DNA of 63,275 bases, filler included, from Octopus bimaculoides (lineage: Eukaryota): the NCBI RefSeq assembly GCF_001194135.2. It is 6 parts of 5 records of this genome, joined end to end, with 100 filler letters (N's around TTAATTAATTAA, not from the genome) between each part and the next. Parts side by side here need not be neighbours in the genome. Positions count along the whole stretch, not along the records: positions 52,619 to 54,794 come from NC_069007.1; positions 54,895 to 59,565 come from NC_068999.1; positions 59,666 to 63,275 come from NC_068999.1; 3 more parts are not named here. One strand, given 5' to 3'. How positions within the stretch are numbered: the first letter of the stretch is position 1; every line of letters begins with the position of its first letter. Positions 52,818 through 63,275 of the stretch are shown here, one piece after another. The translations under genes were made by a program, and so were the position numbers. Under the pieces are notes generated by a model. The model worked only from the letters and a program-made list of their open reading frames with translations. It made no database searches and was not told the DNA's origin.

Positions 52818-53174
52818 TGTATGTTTGAATGTATGTATTTATGTGTTGGTGGTGTATGTGTGATGGAAAACTCTGTATGTGTGTGGGTGGGTGTGTGCGC
52901 GCGCGTGATGGAAGACTGTGTGTGTGTGTGTGTGTGATGGGGGAGTGTCCTGTCAGAAACAACAGACGAGAGTTCTGCAATTTCTTTCTGAGAAACCTGC
53001 AAAGATGATCTGTTTATTCTGACCAAATGTTTGTACTGTACATTATTAACTCATTCTCTCCGCCAAATGGACATCACCTGTACTCGTGGCATAGTGTGCC
53101 ACACGTCACATGTCCAAGTGATTGTAGAGCAACACTGAAATGAAGTTGTTTTGCTTAAAATAAAATTTTTAAAA

Positions 53175-53260
53175 AAATTAACCGCCCCGTCCAGGGATAG
53201 AAACCACGAACTGACGATTATAAGTCCCATCCTCTAACTACCATACCACATTGCCTCGTT
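53175..53260 (-). mobile_element. tRNA-like SINE head fragment
   Basis: Minus strand TGGTATGGTAGTTAG (A-box-like) ... GGTTTCTATCCC (B-box-like); no cloverleaf. Confidence 0.4.
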
Positions 53261-53953
53261 TGCATGTGTGCATGCTTGTCACGTACACATATGCACATAT
53301 GCACACACAAAGGTACAACACACATAATGACTGCTTCTATGTATGTCCTTATTCAATTTATTCCAAGATTTCTTGCCAATAGAGAAAGAGCCGGTTTCTA
53401 ACCAAGATCTGAGGTCCTTTCATTGGAATTTCACCAACATCAAACAGGGTGTTTTCTTATGTATGTATATGAGCAGATTTGCATGTTTTATTTTGTGTAT
53501 GTATTCTCATGCATATAGTTGAATGCCGAGACATGCTAACATATACTTAGATGATAAACATCCGGAAAAGTTGTACAAATTTTTACCATTCCAGTGATAT
53601 TTCAGGCCAATACTTTGAATTCGTTCTGAGGGTGAATCGAACAAACGAAACCAATAAACAGAAATAACTGCGAGATATCGATGTCTGTTGCTCTCCTTCA
53701 CTTCTGGTGTGGTTTGTTTTGATGTACACTGCGTTTCTGTCAACGCTCTACGTCTTTAAGAGAACTCTCCCTGGATGAAATATGGCAACCCAAAAGCGTT
53801 TAACAACACACACATATTAAGTATGTGACATTGATCATGGCCTCCTTTTGGTACTAATTTTGTTTCCGTCGCGATTACGTTTTAATAAGCCTGTAGGTTA
53901 TTTGCGATATCAGTGACTGGAGAGACACTATTATTCTGTATATCTCGAATACA

Positions 53954-54121
53954 GCGAGCTGGCAGAATCGTTAGCACGCTGGATGAAATGCTTAGCGGTA
54001 TTTCCTCCGACGCTACATCTGGAGTTCAAATTCCGCCGAGGCTGATTTTGGCTTTCATCCATTTGTGGTTGATAAATGAAGTACCAATGAAATACTGAGG
54101 TCGATGTAATTGACTACTCCC
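53954..54121 (+). mobile_element. tRNA-derived SINE, family A
   Basis: GCGAGCTGGCAGAATCGTTAGCAC (A box), GAGTTCAAATTCC (B box), then CTTTCATCC..TGGTTGATAAA..AAGTACCA and GGTCGATGTAATTGACT. Confidence 0.85.
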
Positions 54122-54735
54122 ACCACTACTCGTTATCAGACCTCGTTATCTTCAGTAGAAAAGATTATCCTACATATTTTCGCAACGAGATACGATCACC
54201 GAATGCCTGCCACTGAGGAAGTGCAGTACACTGAAATCACGTGATCTGGCAGCTTTGGTGCTCACACCTAACGATTCTCATTTGCTGTGATATATGTTTG
54301 TGCTTTTATTCATCATTCAGCATTCTAACAAGACGTCCACGTTAAGGTGGACATTTCGTACTGATATTGATTCCGTTGTCAATAATTACAACCTTTGCAA
54401 GGTTCCTGATGTGAAATCGTGTGTTGAAACAAATGTTGTTATATTTCAGGATGGACATTTTGTTTTATATTTTTCTTTATTGTCAAAGAAACACACGCAC
54501 TATATATACTCGTTCTTCATTTGTTTATCATTTGCTCTTATTAGAAAGGCAGAATGGACTAAACAGGACAGGAGGAGACACTTGGGATGGGGAGTCGCTG
54601 AAGAGGTCACAGGATGTGTGACGAATGATTTCCAGACAAAGGAGATAAACTAAGAATAATAAACAAGGGAAAAACGAATATATAGTGCGTATAAAAGAAA
54701 AAAAAAACCACCATCCCGAAATATAACAATATAAT

Positions 54736-54794
<59 letters not shown>

Positions 54795-54893
54795 NNNNNN
54801 NNNNNNNNNNNNNNNNNNNNNNNNNNNNNNNNNNNNNNTTAATTAATTAANNNNNNNNNNNNNNNNNNNNNNNNNNNNNNNNNNNNNNNNNNN
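54795..54893. other. Artificial scaffold joint (N-TTAATTAATTAA-N)
   Basis: 12-mer at 54839-54850. Confidence 0.95.
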
Positions 54894-54904
54894 NTATATA
54901 TATA

Positions 54905-55150
54905 TATATTTCATTCTTTTATTATTTCAGTCATCTGACTGCGGTCATACTGGAGCACCACCTTAAGTCGAACAAATCGATCACAGGACTTATTCTTTGT
55001 AAGCCTAGTACGTAATCTCTCTTATCGGTCTCTTTTGCTGAACCGCACTAAGTTACGGGGACATAACACACCAACGTCGGTTGTCAAGCGATGGTGGTGG
55101 GTGGCAAACACAGAGACAAACACACAAACATACACACACACACACACATA

Positions 55151-55183
<33 letters not shown>

Positions 55184-55354
55184 GCATACGACGGGGGGTT
55201 TTTTTGAGTTACTGTCTACCAAATCCTCTCACAAGGCTTTGGTCGGCCCGAAGCTATTGTAGAAGACACTTGTCCAAAGTGCTCTACAGAGGGACTGAAC
55301 TCAGAACCATATGGTTGGGAAACAAGTTTCTTACCACACAGCTATGCCTGCGCC

Positions 55355-55355
<1 letters not shown>
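54905..55355 (-). mobile_element. SINE family B, full length, with an internal (TA)n(TG)n tract
   Basis: Head AGGCGCAGGCATAGCTGTGTGGTAAG...GAGTTCAGTCCC, internal microsatellite at about 55125-55185 and tail CCGCAGTCAGATGACTGAAATAATAAAAGAATG. Confidence 0.88.
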
Positions 55356-55407
<52 letters not shown>

Positions 55408-56106
55408 TTACGTGTGCGTGTGCGTGTGTGTGTGTATGGGCATACATGTATATTCATAAATACATGTACTCACACACGCACACATGTAGATGCACATACA
55501 TATGTATGCGTATACACACCTTCACATATACACTCATATAAAAATATATTCTTCAAGGATACACATGCGTAAAAGCTGATTTATATATATTCAGATGCCA
55601 GTCACATCTGATTGATCAGATTAGCTTCATGTGATTGATAAGTTATAAACAAAATTAACTATAAAATATGCAATTATTTCAATTTGCATCACGGATCTGA
55701 AACTGATCGGTTTCAGCGGTAGAATTGGTTTCCTGTGTAACAAACCGTTGCACACAATTGTCATTGAGATATTAAATATGGTTAGCTTTGCTGCGAAATA
55801 TATAAAGGTTGTTATAAACACGAAATTATAACGACTAAGGAGCTGCTATGAAACGCAATCTAAATGGTTGTTTATTGAATGATAATGTGAAATGCCCAAG
55901 TCAATGGTGTTCGGGCTTGCTAACTGAGGGTATTTTACTGTCTTCTGCAGTCGGGGCTAATTTGCGGGTCTTTTGGAATGGAAGAGGTCAGGAAAGATAA
56001 GTAGTACTCAAAGCAGTGTTTTATGCATANNNNNNNNNNNNNNNNNNNNNNNNNNNNNNNNNNNNNNNNNNNNNNNNNNNNNNNNNNNNNNNNNNNNNNN
56101 NNNNNN

Positions 56107-56137
<31 letters not shown>

Positions 56138-56187
56138 AAGAATCAAGGCACATCAAACGCCACTTATGTTTACTATATATATGTTAC

Positions 56188-56363
56188 TGAGAACCGGTGT
56201 TGGTGTGTTTACGGTCCCCCGTAACATAGCTGTTCGGCAAAAGACATCGATCGAATAAGTATTAGGTTTTTAAAATATTGGGTTCGATCCATGTGATTAA
56301 AAATTCTTCAAGGTCTCCAAGCATAGCCGCAGTCTAATGACTGAAACAAGTAAAAGATAAAAG

Positions 56364-56365
<2 letters not shown>
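56188..56365 (+). mobile_element. SINE family B 3' half
   Basis: AACCGGTGTTGGTGTGTTTACG.TCCCCGTAAC.TAGC.GTTCGGCAAAAG ... CCGCAGTCTAATGACTGAAACAAGTAAAAGATAAAAG. Confidence 0.8.
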
Positions 56366-56399
<34 letters not shown>

Positions 56400-56619
56400 N
56401 NNNNNNNNNNNNNNNNNNNNNNNNNNNNNNNNNNNNNNNNNNNNNNNNNNNNNNNNNNNNNNNNNNNNNNNNNNNNNNNNNNNNNNNNNNNNNNNNCACA
56501 CACATATACACAGGAGTGCACACACAAAATAACACACACGCACACACTCTCTCTCTCTCTCACACACACACACACATTTGTATGTATAGACAAATGCAGA
56601 TATATCAAATGTTACACAA

Positions 56620-57990
56620 CATAAAATTCTTGATTCACTAATATCATCTCCAGTTCTGGAGGTCATATCATTACTACCAAATGGCAATTAAGACCAAATC
56701 TGCTTAAGAAGAGGAGATAATTTCAAGTTTCTACTGGAAGGGTGAAGAAGAACTTATCTCAAGTCGTTTGGTGTTTATAGCGCATCATCTTTTCGGAGAT
56801 CTCAGTACAGGAATTAAACTCACAGTGAACCACTCGAAACTCCTTTTGTTACATTTGCAATTAATGTTGTTAGCAAAAACTTGCAAACCTTCCTCTATAA
56901 GTACCAACACTTTAGCAATATTAGTTGCAGTTAATGGAATTTCTATGTTCTGCATTCATAACTTGCTCGTGTTTTAATAGCGCTAGCTCCTCTTGTGGTA
57001 AACATTCTCTTATGGGGCACAAGCAAATCAATCACATCATCCATCACAACTTCTCTGTCAACGCAATCACATTCTCTGTGACTCCTCTAGCTACTCATTA
57101 CATCAACTTCTACGGATCCTCTGCTTGGAGAAAACTTGTAAAGCCATAAATGCGGTGTGGCTATATATTTTTCCAAGTACCATTCAAACTTGAGGGTTTT
57201 ACTTCATCCCATAAATCAACTATGTTAACAACAGCAATCTTTATGTTGAACTTCTTCATGAACTTTCTAACTGTGGGTTTGTCATTCCTGTCAATCGCTT
57301 TCATAAGTTGTTTCAAAGTTCTGCTCATATGCTATTTCTTGAAGTTAGCTATCTCTTCTTGATCCATTGATTGGAGCTAAGATGTTGCAAAGATGTTGTA
57401 ATCTTGGGGATATCTTCAACTCTCACATTATCACAAAGCTCATTTAAGTTAACTTGGTGGTTTGGTGCATGTAATGAAAAGAGGAATGATTTGTTGGGAA
57501 TATAATATCCAGCACAATCCTTTTCTACAGCAGGGCAAAAATTGATAAACCAATCTTCAGAAAGATTTCGGTCATCCATACCTTCTAAATTGAATGCCAG
57601 ATCAGAGGTTGATTAAACTTTACTAAGCTATGAAAGCGCTTGGATTTCAGAAAGGATACACGAGTGGGGATCATAATTTCACATCGCTAGCAGCATTCCC
57701 TCCTTCAAGACCATAATGTGAATTTTGGAACTCTTAGTTACTGGTGTTGATTCTTATTTTCGAGAAATAAAATCCTAGCAGACATGCACTTTCAGTAACG
57801 TGCAGTGCCATTACCATTGCAAATGTGCGATAGTATGCATCCCCCTTTAGTAATCATTTTCTTCAGTTGTTCAAGATGATTAGTAACAGCTTCTGAATCA
57901 GCACTTCACCAGCTACTGTTATGCTGTGCAAATTCAAGAGCTTCTTAACGCTCCTTTCTCTGCAAATCGTCATACAAATTTTTGGCTATT
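56620..57990 (-). pseudogene. Tigger/pogo (CENP-B-like, DDE_1) transposase remnant
   Basis: KKLLNLHSITVAGE, GGNAASDVKL, EDWFINFCPAVEK, HAPNHQVNL (LDNAPGHP equivalent), IANFKK...RTLKQL, WDEVKPSSLNGTWK and HQTT*DKFF (Tigger-type C-terminal QTTLDxFF). Confidence 0.9.
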
Positions 57991-58008
57991 CTTTTAATTA
58001 CCAGCTTT

Positions 58009-58054
<46 letters not shown>

Positions 58055-58833
58055 NNNNNNNNNNNNNNNNNNNNNNNNNNNNNNNNNNNNNNNNNNNNNN
58101 NNNNNNNNNNNNNNNNNNNNNNNNNNNNNNNNNNNNNNNNNNNNNNNNNNNNNNNNNNNNNNNNNNNNNNNNNNNNNNNNNNNNNNNNNNNNNNNNNNNN
58201 NNNNNNNNNNNNNNNNNNNNNNNNNNNNNNNNNNNNNNNNNNNNNNNNNNNNNNNNNNNNNNNNNNNNNNNNNNNNNNNNNNNNNNNNNNNNNNNNNNNN
58301 NNNNNNNNNNNNNNNNNNNNNNNNNNNNNNNNNNNNNNNNNNNNNNNNNNNNNNNNNNNNNNNNNNNNNNNNNNNNNNNNNNNNNNNNNNNNNNNNNNNN
58401 NNNNNNNNNNNNNNNNNNNNNNNNNNNNNNNNNNNNNNNNNNNNNNNNNNNNNNNNNNNNNNNNNNNNNNNNNNNNNNNNNNNNNNNNNNNNNNNNNNNN
58501 NNNNNNNNNNNNNNNNNNNNNNNNNNNNNNNNNNNNNNNNNNNNNNNNNNNNNNNNNNNNNNNNNNNNNNNNNNNNNNNNNNNNNNNNNNNNNNNNNNNN
58601 NNNNNNNNNNNNNNNNNNNNNNNNNNNNNNNNNNNNNNNNNNNNNNNNNNNNNNNNNNNNNNNNNNNNNNNNNNNNNNNNNNNNNNNNNNNNNNNNNNNN
58701 NNNNNNNNNNNNNNNNNNNNNNNNNNNNNNNNNNNNNNNNNNNNNNNNNNNNNNNNNNNNNNNNNNNNNNNNNNNNNNNNNNNNNNNNNNNNNNNNNNNN
58801 NNNNNNNNNNNNNNNNNNNNNNNNNNNNNNNNN

Positions 58834-59552
58834 CTGGTGATCACTCCAAGCGCCATGATGTTGACTGGATGTTTGATTTTCATCACTCTCGGTACATGTT
58901 TTGGGGACTCGACAAGCCAACGACTGTTCTGTGTGTTCACCATCTGATTCTAGCTGAAATTTTTCTCGTTTGAGAAAAATCAAAGCATGTTCGGTTGGAG
59001 GGGATGCTTGAGTTTGTTTAAAAGCTTCGTAGCGCGGTCTTTCCTCTTTTCTTTGATGCCCTGGGATAAAAATTGACCCCCTTTTTTAAATCTTGTATGA
59101 GAAAACCGAATGTCTTCATGCACTACCTATCTGATAAGAAATTCAGACACTCACATGTCCCTGGCGATGGATCTGAGTGACTTGGAGGGATCGTTGTCAA
59201 TCATGGCCTGGATCTCACTTACAAATTCAGGAGTTGTTTTCTTATCAGAACGATCAGAGTGAGTTTTCCGAGCTGCCGTACATTCGTAATCACCATTAGA
59301 CTAATACAACTCTTTCCGATTGACACCCAAACACACTGAAATGTTTGTATTAGAGCTTCCAGCGCGAATTCCAAGCAGTACAGCATCTCGTTTTCAAATT
59401 TCTGGCAGAGAGAATTGCGTCATAGTGCTATTTTCCCCATAGATGGTGCCCAACTGCCCCTACTATGCTGTGTAGTCGGCAAAATCCAAAAACAAACAAT
59501 GGGCATGAGCGAAATTAAAAATATAAAATGGTAGTTTTTTCATCGCACCCTG
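58834..59552 (-). mobile_element. Tc1/mariner DD37D (maT)-type element, copy 2: 5' TIR and N-terminal half
   Basis: The end reads CAGGGTGCGATG into a TA-rich tract (59552). Translation gives KLKHP.QPNML*FFSNEKNFS*NQMVNTQNSRWLVESPKHVPRVMKIKHPVNIMALGVIT. It aligns at DNA level with 3770-3890 and 3890-4045. Confidence 0.9.
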
Positions 59553-59565
59553 TGTATATATATAT

Positions 59566-59665
59566 NNNNNNNNNNNNNNNNNNNNNNNNNNNNNNNNNNN
59601 NNNNNNNNNTTAATTAATTAANNNNNNNNNNNNNNNNNNNNNNNNNNNNNNNNNNNNNNNNNNNN
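59566..59665. other. Artificial scaffold joint N44-TTAATTAATTAA-N44
   Basis: 12-mer at 59610-59621. Confidence 0.97.
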
Positions 59666-59956
59666 AGTGATTGTTTGAGTAAGTTTTCACCAGAAGTATG
59701 TTTGAGGAAGAACTGGCGTCGTTATATCCGGAAATAGATGTCTGCATTAATACGATGATTAAGATGACGGGGGAAATGAGATCGCACAAAAGAAATGAAA
59801 GAACGAATGAATGATAGTTAGAGAATCATCGATAAAGAGAGTGACAGAGAAAGAGAGGGAGAGAGGGCGACGGAGAGATTGAAAGACCCATAGCTGTAAA
59901 ATGATAATCGATTTATATATATATATATATATATATGCACACACATACATTACACT

Positions 59957-59996
<40 letters not shown>

Positions 59997-60045
59997 CATT
60001 ATATATACATGCGAGTATATCATATATACGTATAAACACGTACAA

Positions 60046-60085
<40 letters not shown>

Positions 60086-61149
60086 TGCTAGAATCCGTCG
60101 CTTTTACTCCAGAAATATGTCTGTATTTAGCATCTATTTGAAAGAGTAAAAGGATGCAATTATTATTCTATAGCAATGTTGCAGAAACACATATCGTACA
60201 ACAATTGGTTGAGAAAAATCGGTTAAGAGTTTATGATTGTCTCTTACAAGCACTATTGCAGTATGTGTCTGAAGGATGTATATTGAAGCTATGTAAAAGA
60301 GATAAATTACTCGACTGTTTCGGGCTACGAATATTGCTCGTTTCTCTTAACAATGGAAGCCAAAAATGTCCGATTCGACAGAATACATAAATTCCAAGAA
60401 GATGAATCAATGGTTCGTATCCTGTTACCAACATTGTGTAGTAGTTTCTACGTCAAAGACAATTATCTGTTATGCGGTCCAGAGAAACTTTTCTGTTGCC
60501 TAATGCTGTCATAATGTTTACATTGTTCAGTATCATTAGTAATGTATGATAGCGAATACAAGCTACCATACTTCAAGTGAAAAGATGATTAAGGCAATTC
60601 TTATTGAATGAAATTAGAAGACTAATGTAAAACATGATGGTAAGGAAAATTTGTTCTCAGAAAAGGAAGGGAGAGAACTCCCGAGAAACTCATTCTCTAA
60701 ACATGAATTTTTAGAAAGATACTCATAGAAGACAGTGTAGCTGATGTTTAACAGCTACGATAATTAAATTTTGAGCAGCTGTTCTTCTTTTGAAACAGGA
60801 ATTGACAAGAAATTTAGAGTGATTAGATCGTGTAGTTTTGTGAAAAACATGTTAGTAGATTTATCAAAACATGCTACAATATCTAACTCGCTACATCACA
60901 TGTGATTGTGTGTGAAGCTTTTTGAGTAAACATTATCATCGAAAGCAGATGCGGACAATATCTCTATACTCCCACTCGTTAACCGAGCGGAACCGCGAGA
61001 ATGTGACAGTCACGAAGGTAGCTATTAAATTAGTCTGGTGCACATTTTCAGCTGTACCGATAGAAAGAACGTGAGCATTTAGTTGACATATTGTGTGGAA
61101 TATTTCTGTATATAAACGTCACGTGGTACCCAGTCATTAGTGTCACAAT

Positions 61150-61840
61150 CAATTCTTCATGCGCTCTTGAACATACAGGGCAGCCAGTTAACACCAAAGG
61201 TTAATGATCGCTGTTGTTTTCTCTACATCCAGCCGTGTGATATTGGCCTCTGCCATGTCGGTTATGAATATTGTCCATTATTTTTGAACAAGGGAATTGT
61301 TTTGAGCTGAGTGGGTGCTAGATTCCCTTGTTCGAAAATATAAGGACACAAATAGTGTCGTATAGCCAGCTGGAGACGATGTCTCCTGGGGCTAAATTAC
61401 AGCAACATTCGTCCTAAACCAGGACTACCATGTTATGTTGGCAAACAATCTTTAGTACATTTCTGTTCCCTGCTTCTGGTGGTATCCACCTGAAAGAAAC
61501 TGTTTTAGAATGGTCTTGTTCTGTCTTCTGGAGTATCAGATCTGCTAGTTTTAATCTCCATTCTGTAATGATTTCGCTAAGTGGTCTTGTTTTTTGCTCT
61601 CTTTATACTGTCTTCGGTGGTTATGTGGTCCTGCCAGTAGGTTCTCAGAATTCTTCATGGTGCTCCTCCATGTCTCACTTACACAAATAACTATTGATAT
61701 CTTTGGAGGAACAGATAGCGTTCATTCTCTAGAATATGGTTGCAGATTTAACAATTCCACAGTTAAAGTCTGTCTCAATATTGCTATTGTTACTGATGAT
61801 ACTACCTCGACTGAGGATCTATTTACAGTCCCGATATTTC
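61150..61840 (-). mobile_element. RTE/RTE-X LINE 3' remnant, interrupted by an unrelated insert (about 61265-61430)
   Basis: LRTYWQDHIT, PLSEIITEWRLKLADLIL, HSKTVSFRWIPPEAG, then after the insert DMAEANITRLDVEK...AALYV; these match RTE motifs RILRIYW.D.I.N / RRRLRWAGH / W.P..G.R / A.DR..WR. Confidence 0.75.
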
Positions 61841-61883
61841 ACTGATTGATTTTTATAACGGTTGCTGTTCGACGGTCATCGTT

Positions 61884-61924
<41 letters not shown>

Positions 61925-63184
61925 GTATATACGTATATTTATAAATATCTGAGCGTGTCTTTATTTGCAGGCTTGTAAATGTTCGTAGTGTTATGGTGTT
62001 CGCTTACTTGAGACCGACGATCAGTTATATACAATGCACTCTAGCAAAATCTAAGATTGATTGCAGTCACTTTTTACTGGCGATGATGATTTCAACGGTG
62101 ACTGGATTTCTACTGGAATCAACGTTTACAGCCACACACACACACACATACACACATACGTAGATGTGTATACATCTATCTATGTATTTATATATACATA
62201 CACATTAAGTGAAAACGAAGACAGCCGTTGTTCAACAAGTTGTCAGCGTAAGTGGAGAACAATTAGATGTAAACTGTCTGGTTGATCATTAAAGCCACTC
62301 AGGGACAGGATTTGTCTTCTCTTTCTTTCGTTTTTTACTTCTTCGTCCATTATCCATTGAGAGAGAGAGATAGAGAGGAAAAATGCAAACGGAAAAGAAA
62401 CAAGAATTATACATTAACAACAAACCCAGAAGCAATAATAATAAACAACACAAAAATAAGAAGGGTATAAAAGAAGAGAAAAATAGTGGAAATAGAAACA
62501 TATTGAATAAAACTTACGAATAAATGAATGGATGAATAAATAAATAAATAAATAAATAAACAAATAACTGAATAACCAAATAAATGGTTGGCAGTAATGT
62601 ATAATTACTTGTAGTCTTGGTTTTCAAATGATGCGTTTGTCCATTCCGGAACTAAGAGCAAAAATTATATCGTGTATGTAAGATGGTTTAGAATCAATGT
62701 CGTCTGAATAGGGCATGATAACTAAGTCACGTGGAGTTTTCCGTCCGTAACAAACTAAATATACGTACAACATTTCATTGGTTAATTTTATTGGTTATTT
62801 TCTTCTTTTTTTTTTTTTGCTTTAGATCTTGGCTTTCATTTTGAATTTCATTTTTGTATGTCTTGACTGGTAATGTAAAAAAAAAAAAGAAACGAAAACA
62901 CGTAAGGTAACACTCGTGTAGACGCTCGCGTAGCACACACCACATTCACATACGCAAACAGACACAGACTACATGGACACAAACACACACACACACACAC
63001 ACACACACGTGTATATGTGTGTGTATTTATATATATATATATGTGTGTATGTTTAAACAAACAAAACGATCACAAGTACATATACATTCACACACATATA
63101 TATGTATATATCTACACGCATATGTATGCTTGTATGTCTGTATACATACATATACATACATATACATACATCTATATCCGTTTC

Positions 63185-63239
<55 letters not shown>

Positions 63240-63275
63240 CTATCTCTCCACTCTCTCTCTCTTTATATATATATA

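Noticed and set aside
53954-54050. tRNA gene call for A-box/B-box sequences
   Set aside because: No cloverleaf or acceptor stem forms; the sequence continues into a SINE body found several times in the window.

Overview
This is a eukaryotic, AT-rich, repeat-saturated draft-assembly window. Dense (TA)n/(CA)n/(GA)n/(TAGA)n microsatellites, tRNA-derived SINEs and the TE mix suggest a cephalopod (Octopus-like) genome; that assignment is inference. It is not one contiguous locus: five identical 100-bp spacers (N44-TTAATTAATTAA-N44) join six separately assembled pieces. Nearly all ORFs in the supplied track are microsatellite or N-gap artefacts. Recognisable content is mostly decayed mobile DNA: mariner-type remnants, two DD37D/maT-type Tc1-mariner copies, a Tigger/pogo transposase, a near-complete Penelope-like retroelement (RT + GIY-YIG), RTE-type LINE 3' ends, two SINE families and a TTAA-flanked piggyBac-type MITE. 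One probable host exon, encoding the start of a nucleolin-like RRM (36148-36259+), is cut by a gap. The most interesting object is a 277-bp near-perfect foldback (126-bp arms, 1 mismatch, 39126-39402). Its minus strand carries a complete minimal type I hammerhead ribozyme, and the duplicated arm is antisense to everything downstream of the CUGAUGA-G core. No CRISPR array, rRNA or intact tRNA gene was found.
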